The position numbers and the translations under genes are program-made. DNA of 63,395 nucleotides, filler included, from Craspedostauros australis (Eukaryota): assembly GCA_030167865.1 (NCBI GenBank). It is 5 parts of 5 records of this genome, joined end to end, with 100 filler letters (N's around TTAATTAATTAA, not from the genome) between each part and the next. Parts side by side here need not be neighbours in the genome. Positions count along the whole stretch, not along the records: positions 44,635 to 61,533 come from JALAGF010006572.1; 4 more parts are not named here. The stretch is one strand, 5' to 3'. Positions 46,060 through 58,968 of this stretch are shown here, piece by piece (positions within the stretch are counted from its first letter, which is position 1; the number at the start of each line of letters is the position of its first letter). Under the pieces are notes generated by a model. That model was given only the letters and a program-made list of their open reading frames with translations, did no database searches and had not been told where the DNA came from.

Positions 46060-49000
46060 ATGAAGTTTGCAAGGAAGGGTGCTGTCTGGGCGTTGCTCGT
46101 ATCCGCCCTTGCCGCCATTCCCGCTGTGTACGCCCAAGGCGACGCGGTCGCGAACAGCGATGAACCCGCAACTGGCAGCGAGGTCTGTCCGTTGGACTAT
46201 GAGCTCCTCCATTCCACGGAAGGCGCCAGCTACGATCTTCCTCCCATCGAGATCGTCAGCCAAGGAAAGACCTTTGTCGAGTTCAAGGTCTACAACGTGT
46301 TTTCCACGGCTGGATCCATCAAGGAGATCTACACCGAGTACCAGGAGAACAACCTCGATNNNNNNNNNNNNNNNNNNNNNNNNNNNNNNNNNNNNNNNNN
46401 NNNNNNNNNNNNNNNNNNNNNNNNNNNNNNNNNNNNNNNNNNNNNNNNNNNNNNNNNNNNNNNNNNNNNNNNNNNNNNNNNNNNNNNNNNCTCTACGTCC
46501 GAGACCCAACCATCGACGCAACCATTGGTACTGGCAAGACCCCAGAGTGCTGCCATGCCGATTTGACCAACGGATATCCAACCATCAAGTTCACCTTCGT
46601 CCTCGACTGTGTGCCAACCTGTGACCCCACCCCGTTCGCAGTCTGCGGCAACGGAAAGCTCGAAACAGGCGAGCTGTGTGACGACGGCAACGACGTCAAC
46701 GACGACGGGTGCACCAACGAGTGCCTCCTCCCGAAGTGCGGAGATGGCATTGTGCAAGNCGACGAAGAGTGCGACATGGGCGCAGCCAACTCCAACAACG
46801 TGGACGCCGCCTGCACCGAAAGCTGCACAATCCCGAAGTGCGGAGATGGCATCCTCCAAGGCAACGAGGAGTGTGACGATGGCAACACCATCAACGACGA
46901 CAGCTGCTCGAACTCGTGCATCACCGAACGTTGCGGTGACGGCATGAAACAAGAAGGCGAAGAATGCGACGATGGCAACGACATCAACAACGATGATTGC
47001 ACCAACAAATGCAAATTGCCAATCTGCGGCGATGGCATCAAGCAAGAAGACGAAGAATGTGACGATGGNAATTCCGACGACGAGGATGGTTGCACATCTC
47101 AATGCAAGATCCTTGTTTGCGGTGACGGCATCCTGCAGGGAGACGAAGAATGNGACGATGGAAACAAGGTCAACAACGATGGATGCAGCGAAACCTGCAA
47201 ATTGGAGGTGTGCGGCGACGGCATCAAGCAGGACTACGAGGAATGCGATCGCGGATCGCAGAACTCCGACGGCCCCAACGCCCAGTGCACGAAGGATTGC
47301 AAGTTCCCGGTGTGCGGAGACGGCATCCTGCAAGGCGACGAAGAATGCGATGACGGCAACGATGTGAACGACGATGAATGCACCGGCGAATGTAAGTTGC
47401 CACGGTGCGGCGACGGCATCAAGCACAAGGGTGAGGAATGCGACGACGGAAACAACGACAACAGTGACGGCTGCACCAACCAATGCAAGAAGGCAGTCTG
47501 CGGCGATGGAATCATAGGACCAAACGAAGAATGCGATCGCGGATCGCAGAACTCCGACAACCCCAACGCCCAGTGCACGAAGGATTGCAAGCTCCCGGCA
47601 TGCGGAGACGGCATCCGCCAAAATGGAGAGGAGTGCGACGACGGAAACAAGAACAACGGCGACAGCTGCACCAACCAATGCAAGAAGGCACGATGTGGCG
47701 ATGGCATCGTCGGGCCTAATGAACAGTGTGATCTCGGATCCCAGAACTCCAACGGACCTAACGCCCGCTGCACTCTCGAATGTACCCGCCCCAAGTGCGG
47801 CGACGGCATCAAGCAGCAAGGTGAGCAGTGCGATCTCGGACCAAACAACTCCGACGCGACCAACAGCAAGTGCTCCACCACCTGCGAGCTCCCGCGCTGC
47901 GGTGACGAGATCCTCCACCCATCCAGAAACGAGGAATGCGATCTCGGCGAAAACAACTCCAACGGACCGAACACCAGATGCAACGCCAACTGCAAGATCC
48001 CGAAGTGTGGTGACGGCATCATCAACAAGCGACTGGGCGAAGAATGCGACAAGGGCAGCAACAACTCTGATGGTCCCAACGCGCAGTGTACCACCATGTG
48101 CACCCTGCCCACTTGCGGCGATGGTATCGTTCAAGGTGGCGAGGAATGCGACGATGGCAACGACGTCAACAATGACGGCTGCACCAACCAATGCAAGAAA
48201 GCAAACTGCGGTGACGGAATCATTCAGCCAGGTGAGGAATGCGACAAGGGTCCAGGCAATTCGAATGGACCTAACGCCCAGTGCACCACCACATGCAACA
48301 TCCCCAAGTGTGGCGACGGCATCAAGCACAAGAACGAAGAATGTGACGATGGCAACAACGTCAACAATGACAGCTGCACCAACACCTGCAAGAAGCCACG
48401 ATGTGGCGACGGAATCAAGCAGGCCAATGAAGAATGCGACATGGGGCGGCACAACTCGAACGCAGCAAACGCCCAGTGCACCGCAGACTGTACCATCCCC
48501 AAGTGTGGTGACGGCATCAAGCACATCGGTGAACAATGCGACGATGGAGACAAGGTCAACAACGACGAGTGCACTAACAACTGCAAGGTCCCAACTTGCG
48601 GTGACGGCATCAAGCAGAACGGAGAGCAGTGCGACGACGGCAACAAGAACAACGCCGATGGTTGCACCAACAACTGCAGACTCCCACGCTGTGGTGATGG
48701 CATCAAGCAAGCCAACGAGCAGTGCGACGATGGAAACAAGGACAACACCGATGGCTGCACCAACCAATGCAAGCTGGCTCGATGCGGCGATGGCATCAAG
48801 CAAGACAACGAACAGTGCGATCTCGGACCAAACAACAACAACGGCCCAAACACCAGCTGCTACACCGACTGCAAGGTCCCACGCTGTGGTGACAACCGTC
48901 TCAACAACAAAGCAGGCGAGCAGTGCGATCTCGGAGGACAGAACTCCGACGGTGCAAACACCAGATGCAACAAGAACTGCAAGCTCCCGCGCTGCGGCGA

Positions 49001-51749
49001 TGGCCTTGTCAACAAGAGGCTCGGCGAGCAGTGCGATCGTGGAGCACAGAACTCCGACGGCCCCAACGCCCAGTGCACCAAGGATTGCAAGCTCCCGGTG
49101 TGCGGAGACGGTATCCAACACAAGGATGAAGAATGCGACGACGGCAACCAAGTCAACAACGACAACTGCACCAACGAATGCACGAAAGTGCGATGTGGTG
49201 ATGGCATCCGCCAAAATGGAGAGGAGTGCGACGATGGCAACAAGAACAACAACGACAGCTGCACCAACCAATGCAAGAAGGCACGATGTGGCGATGGGTT
49301 CAAAGCACCCAACGAACAGTGCGACGACGGCAACACCAACAACAGCGACGGCTGCACCAACCAATGCAAGAAGGCACGATGTGGTGATGGGTTCAAAGCA
49401 CCCAACGAAGAGTGCGACGATGGCAACAATAACAACAACGACAGCTGCACCAACCAATGCAAGAAGGCACGATGTGGCGACGGCATCGTCGGACCTCATG
49501 AACAGTGTGATCTCGGACCTCACAACTCCAATTCCGCCGGTTCACGGTGCACAACCAAGTGCCAGAAACCAAGATGTGGTGATGGAATCCGCCAAAATGG
49601 AGAGGAGTGCGATGACGGCAACAACATCAACACCGACAGCTGCACCAACCAATGCAAGAAGGCACGATGTGGCGACGGCATCGTCGGACCTCATGAACAG
49701 TGCGATCTCGGACCTCACAACTCCAATTCCCCCGGTTCACGGTGCACAACCAAGTGCCAGAAGCCAAGATGTGGTGATGGCATCCGTCAAAATGGAGAGG
49801 AGTGTGACGATGGCAACAACATCAACAATGACAGCTGCACCAACCAATGCAAGCGCGCAAAATGCGGTGACGGCATCGTCGGACCTCATGAACAGTGTGA
49901 TCTCGGACCTCACAACTCCAATTCCGCCGGTTCACAGTGCACAACCAAGTGCCAGAAGCCAAGATGTGGTGATGGAATCCGCCAAAATGGAGAGGAGTGC
50001 GACGACGGCAACACGAGGAACACCGACAGCTGCACCAACCAATGCAAGAAAGCACGATGTGGCGACGGCATCGTCGGACCTCATGAACAGTGTGATCTCG
50101 GACCTCACAATTCCAATTCCGCCGGTTCACAGTGCACAACCAAGTGCCAGAAACCAAGATGTGGCGATGGTATCCGCCAAAATGGAGAGGAGTGTGACGA
50201 TGGCAACAACGTCAACACCGACAGCTGCACCAACCAATGCAAGAAGGCACGATGTGGCGACGGCATCGTCGGACCTCATGAACAGTGTGATCGCGGCTAT
50301 CACAACTCCAATTCCCCTGGTTCACAGTGCACAACCAAGTGCCAGAAGCCAAGATGTGGTGATGGAATCCGCCAAAATGGAGAGGAGTGTGACGATGGCA
50401 ACACGAGGAACACCGACAGCTGCACCAACCAATGCAAGAAGGCACGATGTGGCGACGGCATCGTCGGACCTCATGAACAGTGTGATCGCGGCTATCACAA
50501 CTCCAATTCCNCCGGTTCACAGTGCACAACCAAGTGCCAGAAACCAAGATGTGGTGATGGTATCCGTCAAAATGGAGAGGAGTGCGACGACGGCAACACG
50601 AGGAACACCGACAGCTGCAGGAACGACTGCAAGAAGGCACGATGTGGTGATGGGATCGTTTCAACTGGCGAAGAGTGCGACGACGGCAACAATAACAACA
50701 ATGACAGCTGCACCAACGAATGCAAGAAGCGTGATACCGTATGCCCGGAGGTGAAGCTCGACTTCAACGACTATCCCAGTACAGGATTCATCTATGACGA
50801 GTGGTGGGGATCCAAGGGTGTCAAGGTGATCGCGAAGGCCAACAACAGGTACGCCGGATACACCCCCCGACCACGATCAGGATGCCGATCTGGATCACTC
50901 ACCTGCTACTGCAAGGACTGGAAGACCAGCCGCCCTACAAGCTGCCCACACTGGCAGAACACCAACAGCGGCGGAGGAGCTGCCCGTGTGTTCGACACAT
51001 GGAAACCAAGAGGATACCACAGCGGTACGTACGAGGAGCGTAAGGGATGGAACAACCCACTCTGCAATCCCAACGACGAGTACGCTGGAGATGACGACTT
51101 GGGCACACCCAACAGATCCTGCGGTGGCCCTGGTGTCGGCGACGGAGGCAAGAAGGGCAGGAAGTACCAGAACTGCCAAAAGCTCGGCAGAGTCCTCATC
51201 ATCCAGGAGGGCAAGAAGACCTGCCCAGACGACGTCGGCTCCCCAGGAGGAACCATCTCTTTCGAATTCGACACCGCCAGGCTCGGCGGAGTCGAGGTCA
51301 CACTGGGCAAGTTCATCGACATCGATGACGGACGCACGAACCCGATCGTCGACTTCACAGAGGTCGGCAGGTCAAGCCCAACTCCCGGGCTCCGGAAGTA
51401 CACCCAGCTCACAGGAGGCAACGGAGTTTTCGACCTCAGGGTCTCCGTCAAGAACGTCAGACGCGTGCAGATCAGCTACAAAGGATCCGGCTGCATCGCC
51501 GAGGTGCGCTTCCGCCCCAGCAAGTGCTCGCGACGTATGCTGCGTGTTGAGGAAGGCGAATCGTTCAACCTTGGCAACTACACCAGCACCGAAGAGTATG
51601 ACGACTTCCAGGACGACTACGAATCGGAATTCATCCAGTTCGGCGGCGCAGCGCAGGGTCATCAGTACGAAGAGACTGAGCCAGCCATTGACACCGACCA
51701 CGTCGTCTACCCCGAGGAGGCTGAGAACATGTTCCCCATGGATGCATAA
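46060..51749 (+). CDS. Large secreted protein (~1,900 aa) with about 40 Myxococcus-type cysteine-rich (DUF4215-like) repeats
   Basis: Signal peptide [25 protein letters not shown]. The frame after the N gap is open from 46491 ([24 protein letters not shown]), so the two ORFs are probably one gene. Repeats are CGDG-x6-CDDGN-x4-D-x-C-x3-C. The C-terminal domain is non-repetitive. Confidence 0.88.
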
Positions 51750-54700
51750 ACACAAAGTATTCTCCAAAGCACGAAGTAATGCGAAACTCATAGTAACCAA
51801 CCAACTAACCAACCAACAAGCAAACGAGAATTGACTCTCGAGAGCCAAGTTCCGTCGTGCGCGCGAGTACTCTACTCCACTTGACTCGACCTTCGTGATC
51901 CTCCCAAATTCATCAGCTGCGGAATTGACGATGGCGACGCTCCAACAAACGTCATGGCATGCCCTCTACGGGTCCAGTGTGGCACTCTACTCTCTAGTGG
52001 CTAGTGGCTAATTTCCACTTTTTTGGCACGTTTTGGTAATTATTGGTAACCATTCGCCCATCGCCGACGGTCCAAGCAACCATTCGATGAGCTGACGACC
52101 GTTGCCTGACATCTTTACATCATTAGAAAGAGGAGAGTGAGAGCTCTCTGTTGATGTGTTCATTGTAGGCAAACGGTCTCCGCTTCCTGTTCATCTTGAT
52201 GCCTGTTAAAACCCTTTATTGGCCCTTTTCATACGGACGACGTACGGACGTGATTTCGGAATTTTTTCGTTGGTAACCATTGGTAACTGCGTAGAGTCTA
52301 CGACGTTCTGGTACAGAAATTCGTTGCTTCTTCGTCCAATCTTGACCGACTGCCTTCCAAAGACCCGCATCCAATTCTGTTTCGTCTATTGCTCAAGTGA
52401 ATGGCATGGCTGAATTCGTCACTTCATTCTGCTTCGGGTGGTGTGCTGGTCAGCGGTCCAGAATGCTTTTGTGTGTTGCTTTGGGTGTTTGAAGTCAGTC
52501 ACTAATTCTCGTGACAGCCATGATCATCAACCCAGCAACAAGCAAAAGTTCGCGCCAAAAATTATGGTGTGGTTTTGCGTGTTGTTGAGTCGAACTGTGC
52601 TGCTCGCGTGAGTCATTTTCCTTTTGCAAGGTTGTGCCTCGCCCTGCCGCCGAATCATCGTGTCGTTGCCTTCAATCAATGCTGTATCCTCTCTTCTACC
52701 TGCCCAGGTAGCCTTGGTCTTCGAATCTCACTTGCTCCAAAGCTATATGCCAACTGCAAGTTCTTTTTCTTGCTTTACCGTGTACTATCATCACAAGAAA
52801 ACTCTGCTTCCTGATCACGCCCACAACTGTCTTCATTGACACCGGTTGCTACACCTTCGCAAAGACTAGTCACTTATCTCACGCTCATGCCATGGGTGGG
52901 GTCATTGGCACAGTCGCTTTTCGTGCTCCACCAAACCGCGTTCGAATCGTTCTGTGGAGGCAGCCTGATGATATTTAATGATCTTCAGCGCCGCTAAGGC
53001 CAATCAAACACTGGCATCTACATTTCGCACGCGATACATGCCAAAATGCGCGCACATTGCATGGAAATTTTGCGCGGCGCAGTTGCACATGCTCAGTGAT
53101 GCGGAAGATCCAAAGAAGAGCGGTCAGAGCATGGCGAGATTGAACTCCTCGGTGTGAAACACTCTACTCTCTTCTATTCTGGACTGTTCTCATGTGCTGC
53201 TGCTAACCAAGAGATCATTGCTCCCCCAAGCAGGATGAATACAACAATATGTATGCAGCCAAGTTGCTGTTGCCAAGATGACTGCTGGTATACGGTATTT
53301 CGGAGTAGAACTGATACGCTATTGTAGAAAGTAGCAACCAGTTAGGATTTGGGCGTAGTCGGCGCGAATCGGTGGAGGATGTCTCTTGGATCTGCCAGCT
53401 TCGGGATAGCCGTGTGATGCAGTTCAAGAGAGATGTGCTGATTGAAGAGTTGTTACTGTAACGATGAGTAGATGGGTGCTTTGTAGCTAACCTTTGTCTG
53501 TGTTTATTATGAGTTAGCTTGTGGTGTTAGTAGGGTGAAGAAACGATGCCACACAACTTGGCGAGACCCTGCACTGATGTACTTGGTTCAGTGCTCAGGG
53601 TAGATGATCATAACAGTGCCTTGCTCTCCACACATGTAGATACACTGTAGTATAGGCCATGACGCATGTTGGTGACAGTCATGAAGCAGTGGTTGTGGCT
53701 GGAGCTGACCCTCGGATTCCATTGCTCAGGTTGAAGCAAGTTGGATACACATGTTGAGACTACGGCAATGATGCAGTAGTCGTCAGCATGAAGGGAATCG
53801 AGGTATGTTGTTGTAAAAGGATCTGAGGAGCATATAGTTCCCAAGGTGAGGTGTGAGTTAGGTCGGTCATGTTTGAGTCATGATGGATTCGTGAATGGAG
53901 GAGAGAAAGGAGGAGAAAAGATTTGGTGGTCGATCAAGTCGGAGGATTTCGCGCCAAAACGAGAATTTCTCCCATCTGGTTGATACCGTGTCCGGTGGTA
54001 GTCTGTCCCTCATTGAATCTCAACTCAACCATATCATCAACTACAATGCTACACGATGAACGAAGTCACAATGGATGATATCAGGATGTACGGGACTGAT
54101 CATATAATAGCATGTGAAGAACACACCGGTTGGCACCACATTGTTTCGTGATCATTTCAACCGCGTGCTACTACACGCTGAGTCACACAAGCATTCGCCA
54201 CGACACATCGCATTGATTGGCATTCGTGAATGGCACAACTGCTCGAGAAGCATCATGAAGAAAAGATAGCAACGAAAATTCACCAACACAACGATGCAAT
54301 CTTCCCTCTCGGCATCGCGACACACCGCAATCGAACGAAGAAGGCCCATCCTCAATCAACAACAAGAACAAGGAAGAAATTCGTGTGTTGGCCTGTCCGG
54401 ATGGAGCTGCGTGAATATGTCAAAACAAAATATTCTGAGAACTTTTATTCACGGCTGAATCGATGAAACAAGTTTATTAAAATACTCCAGTTAGTCCAAC
54501 ATAATTACAATCAGTCTACGTATTGAGTCATTGAAGAACTCGACTCAACTTGACTCGACTCAACTCTGCCTTGCTTTTCTTTCCTTTGCTTTGCACGATC
54601 ACTCCCTCCGCAATGAGAATAGAATAGAGTTCCATAGCTCGTACAGATTTGGCAAGAAGTGCAGTATCAGCTCTTCCAGAACTTCTTCACGAAGATCGCG

Positions 54701-54976
54701 AGAACGGGAGATCTTGTTCGCATGACCTGCCACAAGAGTGACACCAACACTGTATAACCTACGCCTGCTCCTCCGCACAGAAGCCAACTGCCACCTCTCT
54801 TTCTGCTGGTCCCATGACCAATGATGCGCTGTGGTTGAGTTGGGCAGGTTCGTGAGTGTATATTCAACGAGACCGTACTTGCAATTGTAGATCCGAGACC
54901 AACTTCCGGGAGAGGGCAGACTCCAGTATGTCTGTTGACTCATCCTCCCCAAGGAGAAAAAGAACCAATGATTAAG

Positions 54977-56872
54977 GAGGAAATTCATTAACCAGCCCTT
55001 TTGAAGTGCCGATTTGCATCAACCAGCCTGTTTTGTGTTTCTTAGCGACTCAAAACGTCCAAATGTCCATGCGACGTCCCATGGACACAAAATCTCACAT
55101 CGACTCGCAAGTTTAGGTATAAATGTAGACTACCTGTACTACACACGAAAAGTATAAGCCACATCATACATGTTTAGCATAATCACGATAGAATGCAATC
55201 AAATAGTCCATTAGAATTTAATGCATCTAGTAAATGGAATAAGTGCCTATCTTAGTTGTGGATGTGTACATCATCCATCTGTTTGCTCCAATTTCTTGCG
55301 TTGTGGATCGTATTCTGACGACATCTTCAATGGAAAGGACAAAAATATTGCATTTTATCAAGATAAGAGCATGGCGAGCATTCCAATGGGTATGCCATTA
55401 GCTTGTGGGCATCTAAATCCATCTGGAAGAGATGCTGGTATCCAAATCTGTGAATCGCGTGATACTGTGTGGTGCGCATCATGCTGTACAGTCTTCTGCA
55501 TATCTATGCATTCGGCAGGCTGTTTTGAGAGATCCGATCAGCCCCATCACTCCAAGAACACTCCAAAGAGTAAGGACATGAAGTTTGAAGTCCTTGATCC
55601 GTCAGGAAGGGATCCAATTCTACAGATGCTGATATCACGCAGTTCTGAACAGTACGCGTCATGCTGTGCAGCGTTCTGAGAATATGTGCATAGACATTGG
55701 CGGTCATATTCCAATCCAACACTTTGGTTAATCCGAACGCATTCCACAGAGCACGGACATGGAGTTTGAAGCCATGAATCCTCCAGGAAGACGTATCGGT
55801 ATGTGCCCAAGTGATCCACATGTCATGACGCCGCTCAGTGACACTCCACTTCAGCATCTGTAGAAATGGACCCCCTTCCAAACGGATAAAGAACTTCAAA
55901 CTTCATTTTCATACTCTTTGGCGTATGATTGGAGTGGTCGGAGCGTTGGATTGGAATACGATTGCCAGTTCCTATGTACAAACATCCAAATTAATGTACA
56001 GTGCGATGCGTACCAATCACTACTGTGTGATATCTGCATCCATAGAATTGGATCTGTTCCTGACGGATCAAAGACTTCAAGATCCATGTCCGTACTCTCT
56101 GGAGTATGATTGGAGTAGTGAGGTTGGCTGGACCTCTCAAAACGGCCTGCCGAATGCATAGATATGCGGAGTACAGTACAGCCATGCGTACCGCACAGTA
56201 TCACGAGATTCGTAGATTTGGGTGCCAGCACTCCTTCCAGAAGGACCCAGATCCTCGCAAGCCACCCTCATACCCATAGAAGCGCCGTTGCTATGATGGC
56301 ATTGGTGGAATGGTATATGTTGAATCTTTCATATGAAGGTTTGGTCAACACCCTGCACATCGCACACAGCCACCGTGCGGTATCCCGTGACTTGGCAGCG
56401 TACAATCCGCAACACCTTCTAGATGGATCCAGTCATTCACAAGCTAATTGTATACCCATTGGAATGCCTTCGATGCGCTGAATTTGGTATACTGTACTGT
56501 TTTTGTCCTTTGCAATGAAGATGTCGTCAGAATACGATCCACAACGCAAGAAATTGGAGCAAACAGATGGATGATGTACATATCTACAACTAAAGTAGTC
56601 ACGTATTTCCCTCATTGGATGATTTACATTCGTGTGGACTATACTGGCAATATGAAGCTGATGATAAACATGTAAAATATGATGTGGCTTGAACTTTTCC
56701 TGTGTGGTACAGGTAGTCTATATTTATACACTAACCATGGCAGTCGATGCGAAATCCCTGTGTCCATGGGATGTCACATGGACAATTGGACGTTTTGTGC
56801 CACTAAGTGTTGCAAAAACAGGCTGGTTGATGCAAATGGGCACTTCAAAAGGGCTGGTTAATGAATTTCCTC
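54977..56872. mobile_element. Foldback / Mutator-like non-autonomous element, almost entirely palindromic
   Basis: GAGGAAATTCATTAACCAGCCCTTTTGAAGTGCC at the left end and its reverse complement at the right end. Inverted similarity extends about 800 bp. 10-bp TSD AATGATTAAG, with the right copy split by the next element. Confidence 0.88.
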
Positions 56873-56879
56873 AATGATT

Positions 56880-58126
56880 AGAGACTTCCTGAAACCCGAA
56901 ACCAGTTTCCCGAAACGACACGCACTGTGACTATCAATAACGTCTACAAATAACGGCCCGAAATATGACAGACGTCACCGACCGTGAACAAATATTAGAA
57001 TCAAGGGGGTCGTATGCAAGACTAGCAACGAAAATGTAGTTTTCTAAATGGTTCCTGTGCTCCTTCGTCTCATTCATCCAACCTCCTACCACATTTTGTT
57101 CCTCACATCCACATCGGCATCCCTGAGCTGCATCCATCTCATCAGTTTCGTTCATCTGCGCCGGAGGCGTTGCCATTGAGATTGTCGACTTGCTTGTCCC
57201 TTTATGAAGTAGACGATATGATATATTGTACAACATTTTCAGTTTCAGTTATTGTAATTCTTGACGACAACTCTACGTGTACAATGACACTTTATTCACA
57301 TCTTTCGAAAGCCCTTGAGCACAGCTTTCCAACTACATGTTTAAGTGTTATACTTCTTACTGCCATCTTATTGCTTATCGAGCCTGAAGTACTCGTGAAT
57401 TGAATTTGGACTGCGGGACTGGAGTGAAAATGTTCAGTGGCACGTAGATTGTCGCAGCATCACAGCGTTTTTCTGCGCATCAAAGACGGTGAAACTGTCG
57501 TTGTCTTTCGCCTTCGGGGATACATTACTTTCCTCTTCCAGAGGATGCCATCTCCAAGAACGAAGAGGAGGATGAGCGGCACTCAACCAGTGTTGAGCGA
57601 GGAAAGGTTAATGGGCGTGTACGAAGACTGCAAACACATCATCGAGGATGATGGCAAGAAACGACTTTGCCAATATTGCTGCCACTTTAAAGCCACAAAT
57701 AAAATTACTGACCTAGATAGAAACACGCCCAAGAGGGTAAAACAGATCTTCAGCTTGTGAGGAGTCCATATCTGCAAAGAAATTTGGGACATCTACCATG
57801 GAAGGTGATGAAGTAGGGTAAAGCATAAATTTAGTGTTCCAACGATAGCACTAGTACTCAAGGTACAGATCTAGTTTTTGCATAGAACATGGTAGCCTCC
57901 GAATAAGCGTATTTTATTGGTGGATCCTTGGGCTGTGTATGGATTCCGCGTGGAAGTCGATGCTTCACGGGACACAAGGTATTTCGGGATCTTCCTCCAA
58001 CCCGAAAAAAAGAGCCCCAGATGGCCATTTCCCGAAACTNTTTTTGGGCATGGCCGGCTCGAAATGTCGCAGTATTGGGTTATGAGTTGTCCGTACGATT
58101 TAATTTTCGGGTTTCAGGAAGTCTCT
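56880..58126. mobile_element. Non-autonomous TIR element with 3-bp ATT target duplication (PIF/Harbinger-like)
   Basis: Perfect 22-bp TIR AGAGACTTCCTGAAACCCGAAA. ATT at 56877-56879 and 58127-58129. Confidence 0.8.
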
Positions 58127-58351
58127 ATTAAGTCCAATCATTTGCGCGTTTTGGACATGACATCGATGCTGTGCTCGTTTGTCACAACCGATTGGTATCG
58201 AATTCGGAACAATGGAACTAACAAGGCCGTTTTGTGGGCCATTATTCGTTGTTCCATTCCCGCAATCGCACAATGTCAGTACAATCGGGGTACTGAGGAC
58301 GAGATTGATGCGTCGGCTGATGCTGTTGACGCGGATGGACAGGTCAGATAT

Positions 58352-58968
58352 CCCTAATGAGTTTTTTGCTGACAAATTTGGCACATGTGCCAAATTTGTC
58401 ACTTCTTTTGGGTTCGCATCAACAGCGCACGTTGGCCTCCACGTGTAGGTGGAAAGATCGCATGCCAGACCAACATGGTCCTCCAGTGTGGTGGCTTCTC
58501 TCATTGTTTAACTGGAACCTTCTGGCGCAAGCAATTTCCGCTGCAAACAAGCCCACATAAGGAATTCAGAACCCTAAGGACATACCCCATAAATGAATTA
58601 ATTATCAACAAGCTGGAACGCTTCGTGCATAGACACTGTTGAAAGACAATGATTGGATGAAAGTCGCAGACTTCGCTTGGAAATAGCACTGAAACAAGTT
58701 CCGTGAAGCATCGAATAGTCTCACCGTCGTCGGAAACCAACAGAAGCACAAACGCCAATCCTGGAGAAACAACAATCAAGAGTTTTGAGGACACAAAAGC
58801 GCCTCTCCGCGATAACGCTGTGTGGAAGTCAAAAAACATTATCAGTACCACCTCAGCTGGCCGATGCGAACACACAGGATGTGACAAATGTGGCACATCG
58901 ATCCAAATTTGTCACATCGATGTGAAGTGCCAAATTTGTCACATCGGGGGCCCAAAATCTCATTAGGG
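58352..58968. mobile_element. piggyBac-like MITE (617 bp) with ATAT target duplication
   Basis: CCCTAATGAG...CTCATTAGGG ends, ATAT on both sides, and subterminal palindromic GACAAATTTGGCAC-type repeats near both ends. Confidence 0.75.

Noticed and set aside
46329..50754. Long alternative-frame ORFs (1064 aa minus, 1043 aa plus)
   Set aside because: Shadows of the repetitive, codon-biased cysteine-repeat gene.
51850..54960. Short ORFs and TTCGCGCCAAAA motifs (near 52549 and 53948)
   Set aside because: No recognisable protein or paired termini. Probably decayed repeat DNA.
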